Positions 43,519 to 52,531 of a DNA stretch of 64,000 nucleotides are shown here, one piece after another. The translations under genes were made by a program, and so were the position numbers. Each line of letters begins with the position of its first letter. The first letter of the stretch is position 1. The stretch comes from Dehalococcoidia bacterium. Lineage in GTDB: Bacteria > Chloroflexota > Dehalococcoidia > Lucifugimonadales > CAUZJF01. The notes under the pieces are model-generated. The model was not told the origin of the DNA. It ran no database searches and saw nothing but the letters and a program-made list of their open reading frames with translations. The stretch is taken from assembly GCA_965247255.1 (NCBI GenBank), contig CBDFGS010000009.1, positions 416,964 through 480,963 of the forward strand. The letters run 5' to 3'.

Positions 43519-44568
43519 CTATCGATAGATATCTTTGAGGGCGCGTACTTCCTCGAGTCGGCGCTCGGCGATTTTGTCGGCGGCGACGTTCGTGGGTACC
43601 TCGTCCCGGTGGGACTCGGCGATAACGCGCTCGGTGGTGTCGTAGATGCGCTCGGTCACCTGGCGGGCACGCTCGGGGCGATAGACGCCGTCCACCTCGT
43701 GAGCGACATTGATTATGCCGCCGGCGTTGATCACGTAGTCCGGCGCATATAAAATGCCACGCCCCTGGAGGCGTTCGCCGTCGGCGCGCTCGTCCAGGAG
43801 TTGGTTGTTGGCGCCCCCGGCGACGATGGAGCACTTGAGCCTGGGGATGGTCTCGCTGTTAAGGACTCCGCCCAGCGCGCAAGGAGAGAAGACGTCGCAC
43901 TCGGCATCGTAGATTGCGTCGGGGTCCACGACGGTCGCGCCGAGTCCCCGCGCCCTCTCCCGAGCGTTATCGTCGGTGTCCGTCGCGATGAGGCGGGCGC
44001 CATCCTCAAGCAGGTGCTCGGCGGTGTGGGAGCCGACGTTTCCAAAGCCCTGAATGGCGACGACGCGGCCCTCGAGGCTGTCGACGCCCCAGACGGCCTT
44101 GGCGCACGCTTTCATTCCCAGGTAGACGCCCAGCCCGGTCAGGACTGAGGTATCGCCGCTGCCGCCCATAGACAGGGGCAGTCCCACGACGTGCTCGGTC
44201 TCCTGTGCTATGGGTTCGAGGTCCTCGGGGGTCATCCCGACGTCCTCGGTGGTGACGTAGCGGCCGCCGAGGGTGTCCACGAAACGCCCGAATGCCCTGA
44301 GTAGCGCCTCGCTTTTCTCGGTGCGGGGGTCGGCCATTATCAGGGCCTTTCCGCCCCCGAGGGGCAGGCCCGCAACGGCCGATTTGTACGTCATCGCACG
44401 GGCTAACCTGAGCACGTCCAACAGGCCGTCGTCTTCAGTGGCGTGCGGCCAGACTCGGACACCGCCGCACGCGGGTCCGAGGGTGGTGTCGTGGATGGCG
44501 ATGAACGCCTTCAAGCCTACCGATGGCTCGTGGCAGACCACGAGCTGCTCGTGGCCGTGGCGCTCCAT
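43519..44568 (-). CDS. Leu/Phe/Val dehydrogenase family
   Basis: 349 aa: HEQLVVCHE...GPACGGVR...GLPLGGGKALI...AIQGFGNVG. Confidence 0.85.
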   Translation of the reverse strand: MERHGHEQLVVCHEPSVGLKAFIAIHDTTLGPACGGVRVWPHATEDDGLLDVLRLARAMTYKSAVAGLPLGGGKALIMADPRTEKSEALLRAFGRFVDTLGGRYVTTEDVGMTPEDLEPIAQETEHVVGLPLSMGGSGDTSVLTGLGVYLGMKACAKAVWGVDSLEGRVVAIQGFGNVGSHTAEHLLEDGARLIATDTDDNARERARGLGATVVDPDAIYDAECDVFSPCALGGVLNSETIPRLKCSIVAGGANNQLLDERADGERLQGRGILYAPDYVINAGGIINVAHEVDGVYRPERARQVTERIYDTTERVIAESHRDEVPTNVAADKIAERRLEEVRALKDIYR

Positions 44569-44785
44569 GTACGAGAGGGTCTCCGTGCTCCGCTCCTATC
44601 GAGGGTCGCTCAGGAGTAGCGGGGTTGCCTGCACGCCCCACTCCAGATACTCCGTCGTTTCCGGCACGAACGGGGTCTCCGCAGCGTCAGGGGAGTGCGG
44701 GGCCAGCTTATCACAAGGGCGAGGCGGTGCCAGGGGGGTCACAGATTGATGAGGTGGGCCGTCACGCGAGTGCCGTAGAACGCGG

Positions 44786-44908
44786 TCCCGCCCCCAGATA
44801 CTTCGTCGCGGAACTCCTCAGAATGACAGGCTAAGAGTACGCCGGTGCCCAGGAGGCGCATCCGATCCCAGATTCTTCGTCGCTCAGCCGCTCCTCAGAG
44901 TGACACGC
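44786..44908. repeat. two REP units of the TTCGTCGC...CTCCTCAGAATGACA family
   Basis: GATACTTCGTCGCGGAACTCCTCAGAATGACAGG and GATTCTTCGTCGCTCAGCCGCTCCTCAGAGTGACACG. Confidence 0.75.
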
Positions 44909-44955
44909 CAACGGTAAGGCGGGATCTCAACGCCCATGTGAAAGGGACGAGGCAA

Positions 44956-45897
44956 TTAGTAGCCCTTCTGCTTGTCGATGACGCTGAGCATGGGCTCTCC
45001 GGCGAGTATTCGGCGGAGATTCTCGCAGAATAGGTCGACCAGGCGGTCCATGCGATTGGGGGACCCGCCGGCGGTGTGCGGGGTCACGATCACGTTTGGC
45101 ATACTCCAGAGAGGGTGATCCTCGGGCAGCGGTTCCTGAGGCGTGACGTCCAGACCGGCTCCGCCGATGAGTCCCTGCTCGAGCGCTTCCATGAGCGCGT
45201 CCTCGTCCACAATCTTGCCTCGCGTCACGTTTATCAGCAGGGCGTCCCGGCGCATCTGTCGGAATGCGGTGCGATCGAACATACCTCTCGTCTCCGCGGT
45301 CAGGGGCGCGCAGATCGCGACGACGTCGGACTGCTGCAAGAGAGGGTGGAATTGCTCCATCGGCCAGCAGGCCTCGACCGAGTCCGGCACCTCCACCTGC
45401 TCTGGGTCCACGGCTACGACGCGCATGCCGAAACCGTGAGCGCGCTGCGCCAGGTCGCGTCCGGTGCCTCCCAGCCCAACGATGCCTATGGTCCGGTCAA
45501 TCAGCTCCCACGAGGCGTTCCGTATGGGCATGCGCTGGTCCCAGGTCTGCGTTCTGATAGCCGTGGCTATGCCCCGTGTGAGCCCCAATAGCAATGCCAT
45601 CGCGTGCTCCGCCAGGTGGACGCCCACCATACCTTTGGCGCTGGTGAGGATGACGTCGCTGTCCACGAACTCGGGGTACAGCCAGTCCACCCCGGCACCG
45701 GACGTCTGCACCCAGCGCAGGTTCGACGCGCGCTCGAGTAGATCACGGCCTACGTTACCGAGCACCACGTCAACCTCGGGCATCCCTTCAAGGGCTTCCC
45801 CGGGTGAATCGAACCGGAGCAGCTCTACTCGGTCAGACGTGGACCTGATCTGCTCCAAGTGCTGCGGCTCGAGATCCAGGTTCAACAGGACGTTCAT
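44956..45897 (-). CDS. D-isomer-specific 2-hydroxyacid dehydrogenase
   Basis: 313 aa from the ATG at 45897 (MNVLLNLDLEPQ...): GIVGLGGTGRDLA...INVTRG...VTPHTAG. The upstream 74 codons of the track ORF run through REP hairpins. Confidence 0.85.
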   Translation of the reverse strand: MNVLLNLDLEPQHLEQIRSTSDRVELLRFDSPGEALEGMPEVDVVLGNVGRDLLERASNLRWVQTSGAGVDWLYPEFVDSDVILTSAKGMVGVHLAEHAMALLLGLTRGIATAIRTQTWDQRMPIRNASWELIDRTIGIVGLGGTGRDLAQRAHGFGMRVVAVDPEQVEVPDSVEACWPMEQFHPLLQQSDVVAICAPLTAETRGMFDRTAFRQMRRDALLINVTRGKIVDEDALMEALEQGLIGGAGLDVTPQEPLPEDHPLWSMPNVIVTPHTAGGSPNRMDRLVDLFCENLRRILAGEPMLSVIDKQKGY

Positions 45898-46065
45898 CGT
45901 GCGCGTTCTCCTCTGTGCTAGGGCGCTTCGTGGGCAACGCGGGATATTATGCCACCCTTGGTGATGCGAGGTGGCGTCGCGTTCGGCGGCGCTCTTAGAG
46001 CTGATGAAACGCCGTGAGCGCTGCTTCTGGTCCGACAAGCTCACCACGAACAGGCTCGACGGGCT

Positions 46066-46140
46066 GGGCGCGGCAAGCAGCGCCCCTACGACGTTTGGGC
46101 ATCGGCGCAGGCGCGGCAAGCGGCGCCCCTACGACGTTTG
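46066..46140. repeat. two tandem REP hairpins GCGCGGCAAGC(A/G)GCGCCCCTACGACGTTTG
   Basis: The copies start at 46066 and 46109. Confidence 0.8.
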
Positions 46141-46271
46141 TCAGGTGACGATTGGACATAGGGACACAAGAGTGGTGACCGCGAACGGACATGATCGCGC
46201 CTTGGTAGCCCAGAAGTTATAATCAGCCCGCCCCGACCGGTATAGCGACAGTGTCTTATGGAGGTCGACGT

Positions 46272-47180
46272 ATGGAACAGAGCATCATGGTGGGCACGAA
46301 AGAGGGACTGCACCTGCTTGGGGGCGACGACGGCCCGAATCTCCTCGCGGACCACGAAGTGACGGCGCTGGCCCGGTCCGGCTCGGGGTGGATGGCCATC
46401 GTCGACGGCGCCGAGGCCTGGCGGTCGGACGACGGCGGTGAATGGAGTGAAGTCGCGGAGCTCGATGGGTTCAGGGCGAACTGTATCTTACCAACGGATT
46501 CTTCCGGCGCGTTCATAGGAACGTCGGAGGCGCACCTGTTCGAGCTGAGAGGCGGCGGTTTTCTTCAGATGGAGTCCTTCGATCAGGCGCCTGATCGAGA
46601 GACGTGGTTTACGCCCTGGGGCGGTCCTCCGGACGTGCGCTCTCTATCGGCGTCGCCGTCAGGGGGTGTTTACGCGAACGTGCATGTAGGCGGCGTGCTG
46701 CGCTCGCCCGATGGTGGCGCCAGCTGGCTGCCCACACTCGACATCGACGCGGACGTGCATCAGGTCCTCTTCGACCAGGGCAGCGGCCTGTTGCTGGCGG
46801 CCTCAGCCCGAGGGCTTGGGGTGAGCGAGGATACCGGTGAGTCGTGGAGGTTCGATACCGAGGGGCTCCACGGGAAGTACCTTCGTGCAGTTGCGGTGGC
46901 GGGCGACGTGCTCTTGCTCACGGCCTCGACGGGCCACGCGTCGAGCCAGGCGGCGGTGTACCGGCGACCGGTGGCCAGCGATGGGGCTTTCCAGCGGTGT
47001 ACGGAAGGGCTGCCCGAATGGTTCCCCAGCAACATCGACACCTACTGCCTGGCGACATCCGGCCCCGTCGTAGCGTTCGGCACGTCGCAGGGCTCGGTCT
47101 TCATATCCAAGGACGCGGGCGTGAGCTGGAGTCAGGCGGCGGACGGCCTGCCGGCCATCAGGTGCGTGGCACTACCATAG
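46272..47180 (+). CDS. BNR/Asp-box repeat beta-propeller protein
   Basis: 302 aa with repeated SxDxGxSW boxes (RSDDGGEWS, RSPDGGASWL, VSEDTGESWR, ISKDAGVSWS). The start at 46272 lies 7 nt after GGAGG. Confidence 0.7.
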   Translation: MEQSIMVGTKEGLHLLGGDDGPNLLADHEVTALARSGSGWMAIVDGAEAWRSDDGGEWSEVAELDGFRANCILPTDSSGAFIGTSEAHLFELRGGGFLQMESFDQAPDRETWFTPWGGPPDVRSLSASPSGGVYANVHVGGVLRSPDGGASWLPTLDIDADVHQVLFDQGSGLLLAASARGLGVSEDTGESWRFDTEGLHGKYLRAVAVAGDVLLLTASTGHASSQAAVYRRPVASDGAFQRCTEGLPEWFPSNIDTYCLATSGPVVAFGTSQGSVFISKDAGVSWSQAADGLPAIRCVALP

Positions 47181-47249
47181 TTCGCGCTGAATCGAGACGG
47201 CACGCTGGATGTGTGCGCCAAGGGACGCCTCGGAGGTGAGTTCAGTCAG

Positions 47250-48431
47250 ATGACCCCGGAATCGCAACCCAGACGCAACCGGCTCATACTCGTCGTCGGT
47301 AGCGTCGTGGTCGTGGCGGCCCTCCTATATATGGCCCGCGGCGCGTTATTCCCCTTTATCGTAGCGGGCGTTTTGGGCTATGCACTTGCGCCGGTGGTGA
47401 AGGGGCTGGAGCGGCTCATGCCCTGGCGGGAGCGCTGGCCGAGCGCCAGCCGGGTGGCCGCCGTCCTGCTTATCTACCTCCTTGCTATCGCGGTGATCGT
47501 AGGGGCGCTGGCGCTCATCATTCCGCCGGCTTTCGGCGAGGCGCGCGACTTCGTTGACGAGGTGCCGAAGCTCTACACACAGGCGCGCACGACCATCGAG
47601 GGCTGGAATGAAGAGTACACGGAGCGCGTGCCGGAGGACTTGAGGGCGGAGATCGAAGAACGAGTTGGGAACGTGGGCTCGGTCCTAATCAGCGCCGCGC
47701 GGACCGTGCTCGCCAGGACAGTGAGCGGCGTCTCGAATACTCTGACGCTGGTGATCAGCCTGGCGATCGTGCCGATCTTCCTGTTCTATGTTCTCAAGGA
47801 CCAGGAGGTCGCGCTCAGAACCTTCTACTCGATGTTGCCCGAGCCGGCGCGCGGACACGCCCGGAACGTCTTGGGCATAGTGAACCAGACGCTGGGCGCG
47901 TACATCAGGGGGCAGCTTATCCTCTCGGTCGCGGTGGGCGTTCTCGTATTCGCCGGCCTCACGGTGTTGGGGATCAGGTTCGCCGTGCTGCTCGCGCTGG
48001 TGGCGGGCGCGACGGAGCTGATCCCGGTCATCGGCCCGATACTCGGCGCCGTGCCGGGGGTCCTGGTAGCCCTGGCGACCTCGCCAGGAGACCTGCTGTG
48101 GGTGCTGCTGCTGTATCTACTCGTCCAGCAGATAGAGAACGTGTTCCTGGTGCCGCGGGTCCAGGGAAAGGCGGTGAATATTCACCCCGCGTTCATCCTA
48201 GTAGTCCTCGTCGTGGGCAGCGAGACGGGCGGGCTGTGGGGTATGGTGGTAGCCGTGCCTCTGGCTGGCGTTGCCAAGGACGTGTTCCGCTACTTCTACA
48301 ACGAGTGGAGCGAGCCCGTGCTGGTGGCCAAGGCTGAGGGAGGGGCCATTGAGGAGACGGGCGAAACGGAGGAGATCGAAGCTAGTCCCGAGGCTGGCGC
48401 GGCTCCTGCTCCGGCTGGGGAGTCAGACTAG
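47250..48431 (+). CDS. AI-2E (PerM/UPF0118) family transporter
   Basis: 393 aa, polytopic: ELIPVIGPILGAVPGVL...VQQIENVFLVPRVQGKAVNIHP. Confidence 0.85.
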   Translation: MTPESQPRRNRLILVVGSVVVVAALLYMARGALFPFIVAGVLGYALAPVVKGLERLMPWRERWPSASRVAAVLLIYLLAIAVIVGALALIIPPAFGEARDFVDEVPKLYTQARTTIEGWNEEYTERVPEDLRAEIEERVGNVGSVLISAARTVLARTVSGVSNTLTLVISLAIVPIFLFYVLKDQEVALRTFYSMLPEPARGHARNVLGIVNQTLGAYIRGQLILSVAVGVLVFAGLTVLGIRFAVLLALVAGATELIPVIGPILGAVPGVLVALATSPGDLLWVLLLYLLVQQIENVFLVPRVQGKAVNIHPAFILVVLVVGSETGGLWGMVVAVPLAGVAKDVFRYFYNEWSEPVLVAKAEGGAIEETGETEEIEASPEAGAAPAPAGESD

Positions 48432-48802
48432 GCACGTGACGGGTGGAACCCTAGAAATCTGTGGTCGCTGTGCCTTGGCTTTGGGAGAGAGGGTGTGGTT
48501 GGAGAAGTAAACGCCTGGCATTACGTTTGATGGTACCCCTGACGAGTGGCAAAGGGAAGTGATAGTGTGGTCAGGATGCGTTAATAGATCCCCTCGACCA
48601 CTCCTAGTGACCAAATAAACGGGGTGCTTCTATGGCACCCGTCGCCGAAGTCAGAAGGGACAGCGGACAAGGGTCGCTTTCCATCCATTGGGTGCCGTCT
48701 TCAGCTTGGCCGGACCCTGGAGACCACCTTGGTTAGCTGTTCACAGTTTGCAGCCGACCCTGGTAGTTTCGCTTGGCTTGGGGTTAGACGGAGGGCCGAA
48801 GG

Positions 48803-48838
48803 CAGAGCTAACGCGCGTCGTTCGGGACACCGAGCGCC
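48803..48838 (+). other. partial tRNA-Pro-like fragment (D-arm to anticodon-arm)
   Basis: AACGCGCGTCGTTCGGGACACCGAG compared with TAGCGCGCGTCGTTCGGGACGACGAG in the intact tRNA 60 nt downstream. Confidence 0.6.
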
Positions 48839-48872
48839 ACATTATGGCATAAGAGATTTTGTTGATTTTCGT

Positions 48873-48948
48873 CGGGGTGTGGCGCAGTCGGTAGCGCGCG
48901 TCGTTCGGGACGACGAGGTCGCTGGTTCGAGTCCAGTCACCCCGACCA
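48873..48948 (+). tRNA. tRNA-Pro (anticodon CGG)
   Basis: Manual cloverleaf: acceptor CGGGGTG/CACCCCG, D-arm GCGC-AGTCGGTA-GCGC, anticodon arm CGTCG-TTCGGGA-CGACG, T-arm GCTGG-TTCGAGT-CCAGT, discriminator A, encoded CCA. Confidence 0.9.
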
Positions 48949-49143
48949 GGAAACCTAGAAGAGGTCTTCGTAGCGTACGGAGGCCTCTTTCATGTCACCT
49001 GGTGGCGGTCCAAGCGAACCCGTTCCTTGCCTTCATTGGCGTTCGTCCGAACTAGGAAGTTATCACTCAATAACTGTTGGGATGCCCGCGTGATAGCATT
49101 TGCAGGCCAGCGCCCACGACAGGTACACCTTAGGAGGTCCCCG

Positions 49144-50407
49144 ATGGCCCGCTCACCTCACCCAAAGCTCGAAGGAGCGCCGCATTTCGACTTCGAGAGG
49201 CGACATATGATGATCGAGGGGTCCTACTCTGTTATTCCGACAAAGCCCATTGAGGTCGGCAACGAACGCCAGTTGTCATCTGCCAGGGCTCCGAGCGGCC
49301 GCACCCTCGGAAGCGATACTCTTCGACGGATTGACGCAAGATCCCGCACCTGGGTCACGTTTGAGGTCGCCGCAACTGGCCACGACGCTTCGGACCATAG
49401 CGAAGCACGGGAAAGAAGTCTTCTATACTGGCGAGCTTGCCCAGCGCATGGTGACGGCGAACCGGCATGCCGGTGGCCTCTTCCATGCGGACGACCTAGC
49501 GGATTACGATGCCGTTTGGCGCGAGCCCGTCGATATCGGCTATCGGGGATTTCAGATATATACCACGCCGCCCAACTCGGCCGGATTCCAGATCTTGAAC
49601 ACGCTGAAGCTGCTGGATGGTTCCGACGAACTGGCATTTCAGGAGCCGCGTAGCCTGCACCTCACGATCGAGGCCGTCAAGCTCGCCACCGCCGACCGGA
49701 TCGCATATGCAGGTGACCCTGACTTCGTGGAGATTCCCTTGGAGAGGCTCCTGTCCCAGGAGTATGCGGCGCGACAGAGGAAACGAGTCCGCGAGGACAG
49801 CTCGACCGCCTTATCTAGCAGCGAATCAAGGTTACCTTGGGATAAGGCGAGCACGACGCACTTTGCAGTCGCCGACCGTGACTGCAATGTAGTAACGATA
49901 ACCCAGACGCTGGGCAACGGATTTGGTTCGGGAGTGGTTATAGGTGACACGGGAGTCTTCCTCAACAACATGTGCAAGTGGTTCTCGCTCGACGAAGGAA
50001 GCCCGAACCTAATCGGACCGGCAAAGAGGGTAGACTTCGTTCTGGCGCCGACACAGACGCTCAAGGATGGCAGAATTCACCTCAGTATCGGCACGCCAGG
50101 CAGCGGTGGAATCCTCCAGACCACACCGCAGGTGCTGATGCATCTGTTGGAATACGGGCTGAACGTTCAGGAGTCCATCGAGGCCCCTCGATTCACCTGC
50201 GATCAGCGACTCAGCGTCGGTCTGGAAAACCGGTTCCCGCGAGAAGTGTTGCGACAGCTTGCGCTGCGCGGCCACCAGGTGAGGCTTGTCGACCCCTGGT
50301 CGAGAGGTGGCTTTGGGGGCTTTCAGGGGATCAGGGTAGACCACGGCGAGGGGGTCTTTCAGGGTGGCGCTGATCCCAGGCGCGACGGCCTTGCCGCTGG
50401 ATGGTGA
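49144..50407 (+). pseudogene. ggt: gamma-glutamyltransferase with an internal deletion and frameshift
   Basis: AGGAGG plus the ATG at 49144 opens a GGT-like N-terminus (FDFERRHMMIEGS.SVIPTKP). From about 49300 a different frame carries the C-terminal two-thirds (QLATTLRTIAKHGKEVFYTGELA...TTPPNSAGF...ASTTHFAVADRDCN...GTPGSGGI...PRRDGLAAGW). About 125 aa, including the GGNAVDAAVA region, are missing. Confidence 0.65.
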
Positions 50408-50436
50408 GCAAGACGCTGAATCTCCTCAGCCCCCCG

Positions 50437-50585
50437 GGGGAGTCCACAGATCCTTCCGGTTCCCTGACCGGATTCACTATTCGGCGTCGTCGCCACTAGG
50501 CGCCTCTGAAAGGCACGCCCACTTCTCGACCGCTATCCCGAGCTCTTTCACCAGCGGCGCACCGGACCGACATTGACATCGATGT
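50437..50585 (-). repeat. small-ORF repeat unit, degenerate copy G
   Basis: The minus strand reads ...DVNVGP...LSEAPSGDDAE* followed by TGAATCCGGTCAGGGAACC and GGACTCCCC. Frames are broken. Confidence 0.6.
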
Positions 50586-50751
50586 AACAACGATCCTAGA
50601 CTGCTCAGGCCCACTGGACTCTTAGGTAGGCAGGCCGTTAGGGCCGCCGCAACGGTCTAGCGCACTCCACCGAGGAAAGACATCGCCAGAACCCCAATCG
50701 CTTAACATGTAGCCAGGTTACTTCGTCTGCGGAAATCCTGAGAGGACCAAC

Positions 50752-51304
50752 ATGGCACGATTGCCCTACGCTTCCAGAGAAGACCTGCCGCGGCACAAGC
50801 AAAGCGTATATGATCGCATCGCCGAAACACGGGCCGGCGCCGAGTCGGGGCAGGGAATGCCGCACTCCTTTCAGGCCCTATTGAACAGTCCGGACGCCCC
50901 AGAGGTTTGTCGCCGCTCTCGGCGAGTATCTCCGATTCAAGTCGCCGCTCGACCCGATGGTACGCGAGACCGCAATTCTGGCCGTGGCTCACGAACTGGA
51001 AAGCCAGTACGAGTGGGCCCACCACGAGCCCATAGCCCGGAGAGTTGGCGTCCGGGACGAGGTCATCGAGTCGATTAGAAGCGGTATGGCACCGATGGGA
51101 CTGCCGGCGAAGGAGGGTGTGTTCGCGCAAGCCTCTAAGGAGCTGGCGGGGAAGGGCACGATGACGGAGCGCACGTTCCAGGCGATCCTGCACCTGCTCG
51201 GCCCTCAGCAGACCGTGGACCTAGTCGTGCTGATCGGTTACTACTCGATGCTTGCCGGCGCTCTTAGTGCACTCGACGTCGAGCTGGAGCCCGAGCTAGA
51301 GTGA
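50752..51304 (+). pseudogene. carboxymuconolactone decarboxylase (AhpD-like) family gene split by a frameshift
   Basis: Frame 1 reads MARLPYASREDLPRHKQSVYDRIAETRAG...FQALLNSPDAPE. The homologous continuation FVAALGEYLRFKSPLDPMVRETAILAVAHELESQYEWAHH... is in the +1 frame from about 50905. Confidence 0.7.
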
Positions 51305-51360
51305 AAGTGGGCCCGGCCGGCCTGGCAAGTGGTCAGCTCTGCAGTCTGAGTTCGGACGAC

Positions 51361-52227
51361 CTAAGCCCCGTTGGGTCGAGGTCGCCCCAGGAGATTCAAG
51401 AGCTTATCGCTGGCCGTACGCAGTGCGTCGTCAGCTACGGGCACGCGGTTGTACAGGTTGAAGCGTGTGTACGCCCAGCGGGCCGCGTACTGCGACTGAA
51501 AAAGGTAGCGCGTGCGGTCCGAGGTGTTCGGCGCACCTCGATGCCAGCACTTCGGGTCTTGCAGGTAGATGTCGCCTGCCTTGCAGAATACTGAGACGGG
51601 TCCCTTCCCGTCGAACTCTGGGTTGTCCTGATCGTTGGGCGTCCGACCCGAGTAATGGCTGCCCGGGACGTATTGCGTCGGACCGTGCTCTATCGACTCA
51701 GTGTCGCTCAACGCCATTTGCACCGTAAGCCAATAAACAGGCATCCGGACCCTGGGGTCGTGCCGTTTGATGTCGTCCGGGAGCGGGAAGTACGCTTCCC
51801 CCCCATCGCAGTGCCACCTGTCGATTGACAGTCCCGGCAAGTTCCGAATGACGTTTTGCCCGCAAAACTTGCTGTCTTTGCCCACTACGGCTTCGGCCAG
51901 ACTGAAGATTGGCTCGCGCACAAGCATGTCACGGAAAATCTGGTCGAGTTCAATGCTGTTTCTGAGTATGAAGGGAAGCTCTTCGCTTGAGGTCTTGTGG
52001 TCCTTCACCTGCACGTATCTCGTGTCTCCCAGGTTCGGATTGAACCGCGCTTGCAACTCGGGATCGTCGAGGAGTTGGTCCGTCTTGTCGCGAAGCGCCG
52101 AGATCTCCCCCGGAGTAAGCACGCCTGGTATATAGACGTACCCATCGCGGAAGAACTGCTCCGCGATCTCCTGGTTCTTCTGAAGGCTAAACGGTTCTCC
52201 GGCTAATATCGGAGTATCGGCCATCAT
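51361..52227 (-). CDS. phytanoyl-CoA dioxygenase (PhyH) family Fe(II)/2-oxoglutarate oxygenase
   Basis: 288 aa: FFRDGYVYIPGVL...RWHCDG...GPTQYVPGSH...GDIYLQDPKCWHRG. Confidence 0.8.
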   Translation of the reverse strand: MMADTPILAGEPFSLQKNQEIAEQFFRDGYVYIPGVLTPGEISALRDKTDQLLDDPELQARFNPNLGDTRYVQVKDHKTSSEELPFILRNSIELDQIFRDMLVREPIFSLAEAVVGKDSKFCGQNVIRNLPGLSIDRWHCDGGEAYFPLPDDIKRHDPRVRMPVYWLTVQMALSDTESIEHGPTQYVPGSHYSGRTPNDQDNPEFDGKGPVSVFCKAGDIYLQDPKCWHRGAPNTSDRTRYLFQSQYAARWAYTRFNLYNRVPVADDALRTASDKLLNLLGRPRPNGA

Positions 52228-52358
52228 CGTCCTCCCTGTTCGTGTCGTTAGTATACCTTCGCGACAACGGGCTACGGATATCAGTTCGAGTCGTCAAAGA
52301 CCGGCGCAATACGGACGTTCCCAGGACGTGGCAAGGTACCGCACTGCAACCGGTGCTG

Positions 52359-52531
52359 AGTCCCCAAACTGGGGAGTCCCCAAGCTAACGCCGGTTCCCC
52401 GACCGGGTTCACTTCTGCGCATCGTCCCTACCAGGCGACTCCACAGTCACACTAGGATCGGCAGCATCCAAGGCCTTGCGGCTACTGACTCTATGAGGGC
52501 GGCGAAGTCCTCGTCGCAGAGCTGAATATCC
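52359..52531 (-). repeat. small-ORF repeat unit, 5'-truncated and frameshifted copy A
   Basis: The minus strand reads ...EDIQLCDEDFAALIESVAA and then (frameshift) KALDAADPSVTVESPGRDDAQK*, followed by TGAACCCGGTCGGGGAACC and two GGGGACTC motifs. It abuts the stop codon of the NHL gene. Confidence 0.65.

Noticed and set aside
42373-43752. 459-aa plus-strand ORF. Similar long antisense ORFs occur at 54403-55572, 56721-57707, 17182-18090, 36919-37719, 28878-29576 and 5921-6457.
   Set aside because: Each lies antisense to a gene with clear family motifs, has no RBS, and has a biased composition. They are antisense shadow ORFs.
48540-48600. Hammerhead ribozyme (CTGACGAG) or cobalamin riboswitch (AAGGGAAG ... 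CCACTCC) in the ORF-free tract
   Set aside because: For the hammerhead, no complementary stem II or a correctly positioned GAAA core is present. For the riboswitch, no B12 box (GCCACTG) is present and there is no downstream gene to regulate.
48624-49055. 143-aa plus-strand ORF
   Set aside because: It reads straight through the tRNA-Pro gene and the tRNA-like fragment, and it has no RBS.
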